A DNA stretch of 64,000 nt from Candidatus Poribacteria bacterium (GTDB lineage Bacteria > Poribacteria > WGA-4E > WGA-3G): contig OZ242029.1 of assembly GCA_965205015.1 (NCBI GenBank), positions 5,184,001 through 5,248,000 on the forward strand. Reading direction: 5' to 3'. Positions 38,895-48,384 of the stretch are shown here, one piece after another; the first letter of the stretch is position 1, and the number at the start of each line of letters is the position of its first letter. The notes under the pieces were generated by a model. That model was not told where the DNA came from. It searched no databases and saw only the letters and a list, made by a program, of their open reading frames with translations. Position numbers and translations under genes: made by a program.

Positions 38895-39536
38895 ATGATT
38901 TATCGATTCACCGCGTTATTTTCACTGTTCTGCTTGGTTTCCGTTATTTTCATAGGGTGCGCCGCACTCTTCTCGGAACAGGAGTGGAGCGAAAATTATG
39001 CCCTCATGGAAGGGGTATCGGCGACAAGCCCACAGATGATTGATGGGAAATTGAACACTATTGGTGAAACCACTTTCCCTGCTGGTTCGCAGGGATTCAT
39101 TGGGGCAAACCCGGCTTCACAGGTGGTGATTACGTTGCCGGAGAAAAAGACGATCCGTCGGATTATCGTACATTCGGATAATTTATCGGAATTTGATATT
39201 TACGCCGATAAAGGGAGCATCGCCGTTGATGCGGACTGGCAGTTAATTAAGGACGTAAGGGCTGTCAAAGAGAATCCGATTAGAATTTCACTGCTGATTC
39301 CGTTTCCGACAGATCGGATTCGGTTGCGCGTTTTAGGCACGAAAGATGATGCCCTCTTGAGCCGACAGGAACGAGCCCGTTCGGGCGGCAGAGGGTGGAA
39401 TATCGGGAGTCGGCGCGCCGTTGGAAAAATTCGAGAAATTGAACTTTACGGCTATAAAACCGCTGAACAGGTTGAAGAGGAACAGGCGACTGATAAGCGT
39501 GAAAAAGAACTTGATGAATTGCTCGACTTAGAGTAA
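38895..39536 (+). CDS. Putative lipoprotein, discoidin/galactose-binding-like fold
   Basis: Lipobox FIGC; IRRIIVH...RIRLRV...IREIELYG; SD AAGGAG. Confidence 0.7.
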   Translation: MIYRFTALFSLFCLVSVIFIGCAALFSEQEWSENYALMEGVSATSPQMIDGKLNTIGETTFPAGSQGFIGANPASQVVITLPEKKTIRRIIVHSDNLSEFDIYADKGSIAVDADWQLIKDVRAVKENPIRISLLIPFPTDRIRLRVLGTKDDALLSRQERARSGGRGWNIGSRRAVGKIREIELYGYKTAEQVEEEQATDKREKELDELLDLE

Positions 39537-39636
39537 CATAGCACTGGACAACAAGGTGGTTGTTTCTACAATACCGCCTCAATTTTATCTACAGGAAACG
39601 GCATCTGTGCCGTTCTATGCAACAAGGAGGCAAGAC

Positions 39637-40227
39637 ATGCGTTTTGGATTATTGATACTAACCCTCTGCGTGGTGGTTGGGATGTCGGGTTGTATTCTCG
39701 CGTCCAATCCATCCCTGAACTTGAGCAAGAACATCGCACTTGACGCATCAAGCGAGGATACAAAGTACCATGACGACAATATCTATTCAGTAGGAGAGAC
39801 AGGTCCTATTCTCGAAGATGGGAAGGATGAGGCATCCCAAATGGAGTCGGATAAATACACGGAGGCTGTTCTCAAATGGCGGCAACCCCAGACGATTCAG
39901 CAGGTCGTGGTGAAAGCCGAACCGGGTCAACTGGAGTTCTTCGCCGTTCAGTACATGAATGATGCGGAAGAGTGGGTTACGATAAAAGAGGTCCGGGACA
40001 ACATGCGTCCGGTGTACAAATTCACCTTGAAGAATCCGATTGTGACGACGAGGTTTCGTCTCAAAGTGCCGCGCCGTTGGGACTCGCGTCGCGTCGGTGG
40101 GGCGAAACGTTCAACCCGTGGTGAAACCGGGGCACCCACTGCCCAAGAATATAAAAAGATTCAGGAAATAGAAATCTATTACGCCCTCCCACCCGATCCA
40201 GTGGAAGCAGGCACAGCGGAACAGTAG
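39637..40227 (+). CDS. Putative lipoprotein, distant paralog of the upstream gene
   Basis: Lipobox MSGC; IQQVVV...RFRLKV...IQEIEIY; SD AAGGAGG. Confidence 0.7.
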   Translation: MRFGLLILTLCVVVGMSGCILASNPSLNLSKNIALDASSEDTKYHDDNIYSVGETGPILEDGKDEASQMESDKYTEAVLKWRQPQTIQQVVVKAEPGQLEFFAVQYMNDAEEWVTIKEVRDNMRPVYKFTLKNPIVTTRFRLKVPRRWDSRRVGGAKRSTRGETGAPTAQEYKKIQEIEIYYALPPDPVEAGTAEQ

Positions 40228-40342
40228 TTATTGGCTTTCGGCTATCAGCCATCAGCGGTCGTAGTGTGCGTGACAGTTCCTATCGTTTTTGACTGCCACA
40301 AAATTCTCTTGCTGACTGCCGATGGCTGACGGCTGACGGCTA
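40225..40342. repeat. Heptamer-tandem palindromic element
   Basis: tcggcta tcagcca tcagcgg ... ctgactg ccgatgg ctgacgg ctgacgg cta. Confidence 0.8.
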
Positions 40343-40356
40343 TTAAAAGGCAAGAT

Positions 40357-41571
40357 ATGCTGTCTAACGAGACAATCAGTCTAATTCATTTAAATCTAAT
40401 CCAAGGCATCGGACTCAAAACTGTCCAAATCTTGCGGGATGTTTTTGGGAGTATAGAGCGGGCACTTCAAGCAACACCCGACGCACTCAGAAAAACAGAT
40501 CAACTTTCACCGGCGGTCTGTGATCTCTTAATTTACAAGCCCGTTTTGTATCCAATCGAACGTGAGCTTGAATTGATACACAAATACGGTTGTAAAGTTA
40601 TAACACTCTATGACCCCGTATATCCATCCCACTTGAAGGAGATTGAGACTCCCCCATTTGTGCTGTATGTGAAAGGAGAACTTATTCCGGAGGACGCCTT
40701 GAGCGTTTCCGTCGTAGGTTCTCGAAACGCGAAGGATTACGGGCGAAAGGTCAGTTACCGCTTGAGTTACCAGATCGCACAGCGCGGCTTAACAGTCGTG
40801 AGTGGGTTCGCCAAAGGGATTGATACCGCAGCCCATCGCGGTGCCGTTGAAGCAGGAGGGCGGACAATTGCGGTGATGGGAAATGGATTAAGCCTTATCT
40901 ATCCCGCTGCGAACAAGGACCTCGCTGAGAAAATTGAAGCCTCCGGTGCGTTAATTTCCGAATTCCCAATGGCAGCCCGACCAAAGCCGAGAAACTTCCC
41001 GCGTCGTAACCGTATCATTAGCGGTTTGACACTTGGAACTGTTATCGTAGAGGCATCAAACCGTAGTGGGGCATTGATTACCGCCCGTCTCGCGGCTGAA
41101 CAGAACAGAGAGGTATTCGCTGTACCCGGTGAGATTTTTTCTGAACTTTCAGCGGGTACCCATAGGTTAATTAATGACGGTGCGAAACTCATTAACACTG
41201 TAGACGATCTGCTCAACGAACTGCCGCCGCACGTACTAAACCAAATTCAGCCCCAAGCATCACCATCGCCGGTGCCGGATACGGAGGCAGCGCCTGTCCA
41301 AGCATCCCCTGCTGAGCAGAATGATACGGGACCAGTCCTCCCGGAACCTATTCCTGAAACACTGTCACCTGTCTCTATACCACCTCCACCCGATTTAACG
41401 CCAGATGAGAAGACAATTTTTGATGCGATTGAAGTGCCGTCATCGCATATTGATACCATTGTTCGGGCGACACAACTCCCGATCAGTCAGGTGTCCAGTG
41501 TGCTTCTAATGTTGGAACTCAAGGGGATTGTTCAGCAATTACCGGGAAAACAATTCGCTAAAACTATCTGA
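40357..41571 (+). CDS. dprA: DNA-processing protein DprA
   Basis: VVGSR, SGFAKGID, FPRRNRIISGL, SGALITA. Confidence 0.96.
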   Translation: MLSNETISLIHLNLIQGIGLKTVQILRDVFGSIERALQATPDALRKTDQLSPAVCDLLIYKPVLYPIERELELIHKYGCKVITLYDPVYPSHLKEIETPPFVLYVKGELIPEDALSVSVVGSRNAKDYGRKVSYRLSYQIAQRGLTVVSGFAKGIDTAAHRGAVEAGGRTIAVMGNGLSLIYPAANKDLAEKIEASGALISEFPMAARPKPRNFPRRNRIISGLTLGTVIVEASNRSGALITARLAAEQNREVFAVPGEIFSELSAGTHRLINDGAKLINTVDDLLNELPPHVLNQIQPQASPSPVPDTEAAPVQASPAEQNDTGPVLPEPIPETLSPVSIPPPPDLTPDEKTIFDAIEVPSSHIDTIVRATQLPISQVSSVLLMLELKGIVQQLPGKQFAKTI

Positions 41572-41590
41572 TTTGACACACCAAAGAGAT

Positions 41591-42679
41591 ATGAAAATAC
41601 TTGGTATTGATACTTCATGTGATGAAACCGCTGCTGCGGTTGTTGCTGATGGGAGAGAAGTTCTTTCTAACGTTGTTGCTTCACAGATTGAAGTGCACCA
41701 AAAATACGGTGGCGTTGTCCCGGAACTCGCATCGCGCAAACATATTGAAGCGATCAACTACATCGTGAGTCGGTCGTTGGCAGAAGCAGATGTCACATTC
41801 AAGGACTTAGAAGCGATAGCAGTGACGAACCGTCCCGGCTTAATTGGGGCATTGCTTGTTGGGGTCGCCGCGGCGAAAAGTCTCGCCTATTGCCACAATT
41901 TGCCACTGCTCGGTATTAATCACATTGAGGGACACATTTACGCGCCCTTTTTGGCGCAGCTTGCAAGCCAAAACTTGCTGTCAAAAGGCATGGTGCATGA
42001 TGCCTTGCCATTTCCCCATATCTGTCTTACGGTTTCTGGCGGGCATACGCTGCTCGTTGAAGTTCACGAAGGATGGCAATACAAGGTATTAGGTGGTACA
42101 CAAGATGATGCCGCGGGTGAAGTATACGACAAAGTTGCGAAGTATCTCGGACTTGGTTTCCCTGGCGGAAAAATAATCGATGACCTCGCCCAGAAAGGTG
42201 ACCCGTCGGCGATAAAATTTCCGAGACCGATGCGAAATACGGATGATTATCAATTCAGTTTTAGCGGTATCAAGACCTCGGTGCGTTATTTTGTGGAGAA
42301 GGCGCGACGGGCAGGTCTAATTGCGGAGAATGGACAAAAAGAAGTGGAGCCCACAAACCCTGATAGGATAACTGTTGAGGATATTGCTGCCAGTTTTCAA
42401 GCCGCTGTCGTGGATGTGCTTGTTTACAAGTCGCTTCGCGCTGCGAAAACCACTGGCGCCAAGGCGATAACTTTGACGGGTGGCGTTGCCGCAAATAGCC
42501 AGCTGCGTGCTTCACTAAAGGCTGCCGCTGCAGAGATCGGTGCAGAAGTCTACTATCCGCCGATGCGCCTCTGTACAGATAACGGTGCAATGATCGCCGG
42601 AATCGCTTACCAGAAATATCGGCAGGGACTCCGAGATGAACTCTCTCTGAATGCGACGCCGAACGGAGCCCTTGTCTGA
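41591..42679 (+). CDS. tsaD: tRNA N6-adenosine threonylcarbamoyltransferase
   Basis: TSCDET, HIEGH, SGGHT, SFSGIKT, TDNGAMIA. Confidence 0.97.
   Translation: MKILGIDTSCDETAAAVVADGREVLSNVVASQIEVHQKYGGVVPELASRKHIEAINYIVSRSLAEADVTFKDLEAIAVTNRPGLIGALLVGVAAAKSLAYCHNLPLLGINHIEGHIYAPFLAQLASQNLLSKGMVHDALPFPHICLTVSGGHTLLVEVHEGWQYKVLGGTQDDAAGEVYDKVAKYLGLGFPGGKIIDDLAQKGDPSAIKFPRPMRNTDDYQFSFSGIKTSVRYFVEKARRAGLIAENGQKEVEPTNPDRITVEDIAASFQAAVVDVLVYKSLRAAKTTGAKAITLTGGVAANSQLRASLKAAAAEIGAEVYYPPMRLCTDNGAMIAGIAYQKYRQGLRDELSLNATPNGALV
41944..41989. repeat. Imperfect palindrome forming an apparent in-frame insertion in tsaD
   Basis: cctttttggcgcagc...gctgtcaaaagg encoding PFLAQLASQNLLSKG after HIEGHIYA. Confidence 0.55.
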
Positions 42680-42690
42680 TCCGCCACAAG

Positions 42691-42825
42691 ACGTAAGCCC
42701 GTAATGAAATTAGGTTCTCCTTAAATGGCATACTTTATCTTTGCTTTACATTTGGAGGGCGGTTCTACGTGAAGAGACATCAACCTACAAATCACCTGAC
42801 CGAACCGCAAGGAAACATTAAAAAA
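42691..42825 (+). repeat. Leader element, copy 5, overlapping the tsaC 5' end
   Basis: gcccgtaatgaaat[42-bp insert]tggagggcgg...ccgcaaggaaacattaaaaaa. Confidence 0.7.
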
Positions 42826-43413
42826 GCCGTCCGATGTCTAAAGTCAGGCGGTATTGTCGCTATCCCCACCGATACGGTCTATGGGTTAGGTGCCGATCCA
42901 TTTAATCCAGCTGCCGTGCAAAAACTCTACACGGTGAAGGGACGACCGGATGGAAATCCGATTCCGCTCGTTCTCAGTTCTGTTTCGGATATCCACCGCT
43001 TCTCTCGAAACCTACCGGATTTCTTCTTCTATCTCACAGATCGATTTTGGCCCGGTGGTTTGACCATCGTTATTGAAAGCAAAGGTTTGCTGCCAGTGTT
43101 AACTGCTGGAGGGAATACTGTCGGGGTTCGGATTCCAGACAATCCACTGCTTTTGAAAATCCTCCAAGCGTTTGGTGGACCGATGGCAATAACAAGCGCG
43201 AATCTCTCTGGAGAACCGCCAGCCACCTCTATTGAAGAAATTGGTAGGGAACTCACCTCACGAATTGATATGATCGTCGATGGAGGGAAGACCCCAGGTC
43301 CCATCCCCTCTACCGTTTACGACATTTCCGTTTCGCCGCCACTTGTTCGACGACACGGCGTAATTTCAGAAGAAACACTCGCCAAGGAGTTCGCGTGCTA
43401 CAACAAGCATTAA
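42769..43413 (+). CDS. tsaC: L-threonylcarbamoyladenylate synthase (YrdC/Sua5 domain)
   Basis: PTDTVYGL, KGRP, FWPG, TSANLSG. Confidence 0.92.
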   Translation: MKRHQPTNHLTEPQGNIKKAVRCLKSGGIVAIPTDTVYGLGADPFNPAAVQKLYTVKGRPDGNPIPLVLSSVSDIHRFSRNLPDFFFYLTDRFWPGGLTIVIESKGLLPVLTAGGNTVGVRIPDNPLLLKILQAFGGPMAITSANLSGEPPATSIEEIGRELTSRIDMIVDGGKTPGPIPSTVYDISVSPPLVRRHGVISEETLAKEFACYNKH

Positions 43414-43979
43414 AACAACTGCTCCAATTCTTAGCCACCCCCACAGGACAGTGGGTGCTTCTCGGCTGCGTCAGTTTTGTAGCATTAGGAATCGTCTATA
43501 ACAGGAAAAAGCAGATTCCGGGGTTGACGGTAGAGGTTATCCCAGAGGATACATGGTTTATCAACCGGGACGACAATCATCGTCTCGCCATCGTTGTCTC
43601 GTTACACCTGATTAACAAATCAAGCGCACCTATCCGGATTCAGAAATGTAAACTGAGTGGATATTCACCCAGACCACCGCCTGAAAAGTTGTTCTTACAG
43701 GGACATGATACGAGTGTTGAGTTGACGTATCCGAAGCACGACCTCTTTGTTGACGTAGGCGCACATCCTTCAGAACATACTTCAGAGTACGTGCTGAACC
43801 CTTACACCGAGCAACGGATGTGGGCTTTTTATCACTCCGGCATTGTTACGATGACCAATATGCTTCGCGCCCCTATTGTACTCCGAGATGTGAATCGGAA
43901 GCGCAAGTCTATACAGATAGCTGTGCCTCGCAATATGGAACAGATTCAACTCTATCGCGAGGCAGCAATGCGGTGGTAA
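43395..43979 (+). CDS. Hypothetical membrane-anchored protein
   Basis: 194-aa ORF with N-terminal TM, overlapping the tsaC end. Confidence 0.7.
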   Translation: MLQQALKQLLQFLATPTGQWVLLGCVSFVALGIVYNRKKQIPGLTVEVIPEDTWFINRDDNHRLAIVVSLHLINKSSAPIRIQKCKLSGYSPRPPPEKLFLQGHDTSVELTYPKHDLFVDVGAHPSEHTSEYVLNPYTEQRMWAFYHSGIVTMTNMLRAPIVLRDVNRKRKSIQIAVPRNMEQIQLYREAAMRW

Positions 43980-45023
43980 TTAATCGAGATCAGACAGTTT
44001 AACAGTGCTGCCACCCGCTTCTGCTGACATGTCAGAGGCAAAGACAACGCGATGTGTTTCAAATGCCGTGTCAAAGTCGGTCAGAGGCATCGGTTCATTT
44101 CGTCTGATGCTGTCTATGAACGCTTGGAATTGCGGTTCATATGGATGGTCGCTGACGTCGCCAGAATCAATGAGCGAGGTCTCAAGCGTACTCCATCTAC
44201 TCTTATCCATACCTTGTAATTTCGCGGAATAGATGCGATTGTCAAGCAGGCTTCCCTCACTTCCAACGAGGTGGATATGGAAATAATAAGGCTGTAAGCA
44301 ATCGACACAGGAAGTGACTTTCCCGATTTTTCCGCCACCTTCAAACTTAAGGAGGCTGACGCTCGTCGTTTTATATTCGTAGGGTTGAAAATACGCCCCT
44401 GTAGATTGCGTGTGGTAACTCGTTACTTCCTCAACGTTTCCATCCATGAAAAAGAGGAGGGCATCGAGTGCATGACACCCAGCGGTGAGTAGGGTGCTAC
44501 CGCCAAAGTCCTTTTTGATGTTCCATTCGTATTGTCCGTACCAGGGTCCGATGCCGTGGTAATAATCGACTTCGGCATAGTGGAGGTCCCCGAGCAATCC
44601 GTTGTCAATGACGGAGCGAATCATCGTAAAATGTGCGCTGTATCGACACTCAAAGCAGACACAGACGTTGACCCTTGTGCTTTTAACAGCATCACGGATA
44701 GCTTTTGCGTCTTCGTAGGTAAGGCAGATCGGTTTCTCTATGATGAGATGTTTCCCGGCTTGCGCAGCAGCGATGGCTTGTTCGGCGTGAAACGGATGTG
44801 GCGTGCAAATATCGATGATGTGGACATCCGGATCCGCAAGCATTTTTTCAAAATCGGTATACGCTTTAAGAGGGGTGCCGTATGTTTCTGCCAATACAGA
44901 TTCATCGTGTTCTCGACGCGAACAGATCGCAGTAACATCCGAACCTGTAACGGCTTTGAAGGCTTCGATGTGAGCACCGGCTACCCAGCCAAGCCCGACA
45001 ATTCCAACGTTTAAATTATCCAT
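43980..45023 (-). CDS. Gfo/Idh/MocA oxidoreductase
   Basis: [20 protein letters not shown]; start at MDNLNVG with SD AAGGAG. Confidence 0.92.
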   Translation of the reverse strand: MDNLNVGIVGLGWVAGAHIEAFKAVTGSDVTAICSRREHDESVLAETYGTPLKAYTDFEKMLADPDVHIIDICTPHPFHAEQAIAAAQAGKHLIIEKPICLTYEDAKAIRDAVKSTRVNVCVCFECRYSAHFTMIRSVIDNGLLGDLHYAEVDYYHGIGPWYGQYEWNIKKDFGGSTLLTAGCHALDALLFFMDGNVEEVTSYHTQSTGAYFQPYEYKTTSVSLLKFEGGGKIGKVTSCVDCLQPYYFHIHLVGSEGSLLDNRIYSAKLQGMDKSRWSTLETSLIDSGDVSDHPYEPQFQAFIDSIRRNEPMPLTDFDTAFETHRVVFASDMSAEAGGSTVKLSDLD

Positions 45024-45216
45024 TTTACAGCTCCTTTGATGACTCATAACTGATAACTGACGACTATTATAGCATGGATATGGATTTTTGGAGTGAAAAA
45101 TTGCGGGTCCCTTTAGTTCTTCTATAGAGGCATCCCTTGTGGGTGCCCACAAATCCGTCAATCTATCTCATGCAACCGATGGAAATCTGGGAGTTAAATG
45201 GATCTGAAAAAATAGG

Positions 45217-45245
45217 TTGCTATAATTTTCATTTTCCTATATAAT
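45217..45245 (+). promoter_or_regulatory. Distal sigma70-type promoter upstream of guaB
   Basis: TTGCTA-17-TATAAT. Confidence 0.55.
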
Positions 45246-45364
45246 TAATGACGAAGGAATATTGGCTTCATTTCACAAATTCGTTATTAGATGTCTAAGT
45301 GCGTTTGGTAAGTGCTGGTCTGGGAGCGAATCGGAACCCACTTCGTATCGGCACGATAAATGTT

Positions 45365-45393
45365 TTGACGTGAGAGAGAAAGTATACTATAAT
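45365..45393 (+). promoter_or_regulatory. Proximal sigma70-type promoter upstream of guaB
   Basis: TTGACG-17-TATAAT. Confidence 0.75.
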
Positions 45394-45480
45394 ATGTAGG
45401 AATTGGAGAATAGTGCTTTTTTTCAGGTAAGCGTGTGCTGTGGGAGCCCCGCGAACACTGCTGCTCGGCACCGTTTCTGA

Positions 45481-47025
<1,545 letters not shown>

Positions 47026-47071
47026 CGATTATAGGGTTGTCAGTAAACCACAGGAGGCACTAATTATAAAA

Positions 47072-47620
47072 ATGAAAGTTAACGAAGAAATGTCTTTTTG
47101 GGATAGACTCTATATCCCTGCGTTGATTAAGGGAATGTTTACTACCCTGAAACATATCCCGAAGAAAAAGTTGACCTATCAGTACCCTGAAGATCCTCGG
47201 AGTGTGGATGAACGCAATGATAGATACCGCGGCATTCACAAACTGACGGTGACAGAAAAAGACGAAATTAAATGCGTCGCCTGTTTCTTGTGCGCAACTG
47301 CCTGTCCTGCGGATTGCATTACAATTCAAGCAGCACCTGCCCCGGAAGGTTGGCAAACCAAGGAAGGCTATCAGCGCGAGAAATACCCGGATGTCTTTGA
47401 AATCAATATGCTCCGTTGCATATTTTGTGGGTATTGCATCGAGGCTTGCCCTGAAGATGCGATCCGGATGACAGGGTTAACGCTCCCTCAGTACTTTCGT
47501 GAGCGTCAAAAAGAGGGAGAAAGTCTCGGAAGTGCCCGCAGTGACTTCATCTTTGATCGAGACATGCTCGTTGCAAACAATAACATCCCGCAAGAAGGGC
47601 TTAGCGTTGAAGCGAAGTAG
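47072..47620 (+). CDS. nuoI: NADH-quinone oxidoreductase subunit I
   Basis: QYPE, RYRGIH, two CxxCxxCxxxCP motifs. Confidence 0.9.
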   Translation: MKVNEEMSFWDRLYIPALIKGMFTTLKHIPKKKLTYQYPEDPRSVDERNDRYRGIHKLTVTEKDEIKCVACFLCATACPADCITIQAAPAPEGWQTKEGYQREKYPDVFEINMLRCIFCGYCIEACPEDAIRMTGLTLPQYFRERQKEGESLGSARSDFIFDRDMLVANNNIPQEGLSVEAK

Positions 47621-47641
47621 GTGGACCGATCGAGACGATTG

Positions 47642-48193
47642 ATGGCATCATACGCTCCCTTCCCGAATAAGAAGTACAGCATCATATACGCCGATCCGCC
47701 ATGGGATTACAAGGGACAACTCCAGCACACAGGAAGTGGCGGCAAGGATAGTGGCGGCGCGATTCGACACTATCCCACTGTTCCGGTATCAGAAATGAAG
47801 ACTTGGGATGTTGCCGCAATTAGCGAAGAGAATTGTCTGCTTTTTATGTGGAGTTCTTCTCCACACCTGGATCAGGCGATTCAGCTTGGCAAGGCGTGGG
47901 GATTTCGGTGGGCAACAGTCGCTTTTGTCTGGGATAAGCAACGCCTGAACCCCGGTTTCTACACAATGAGTCAATGTGAGTTATGCCTTGTTTTCAGACG
48001 TGGGAACATTCCACAACCACGAGGCGTAAGGAATATGAGGCAACTCGTTCAGGTTAAACGGACACGTCACTCTGAAAAACCGGATGTCGTGCGTGAACGG
48101 ATTGAGAAAATGTTTCCACAGCAGTGTAAGATTGAACTGTTTGCACGAAAGCGGTACCAAGGTTGGGATGCATGGGGCCTCGAAATTCACTAA
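47642..48193 (+). CDS. MT-A70 family N6-adenine methyltransferase
   Basis: IIYADPPW, AWGF, HSEKP, ELFAR, GWDAWG. Confidence 0.92.
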   Translation: MASYAPFPNKKYSIIYADPPWDYKGQLQHTGSGGKDSGGAIRHYPTVPVSEMKTWDVAAISEENCLLFMWSSSPHLDQAIQLGKAWGFRWATVAFVWDKQRLNPGFYTMSQCELCLVFRRGNIPQPRGVRNMRQLVQVKRTRHSEKPDVVRERIEKMFPQQCKIELFARKRYQGWDAWGLEIH

Positions 48194-48384
48194 CTTCGTA
48201 AACGTCTGTTGTGCCGTTGGCACATGAGTTTAGCCAATAAGGCGGGAGCGGAAATATTAATTTTTAGTTATTAACAGACCGGGTATGACGGTCGTGGTTA
48301 ACATTCAACCGTTGTGTTTCCACCGGTCATTCACACATTTATTCGCCTAAATTTATTTGAAAGGCATACAATCGAATCGACCCA

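Noticed and set aside
45024-45161. N-terminal extension of the Gfo/Idh/MocA ORF
   Set aside because: Made of REP and heptamer repeat sequence; SD supports 45023
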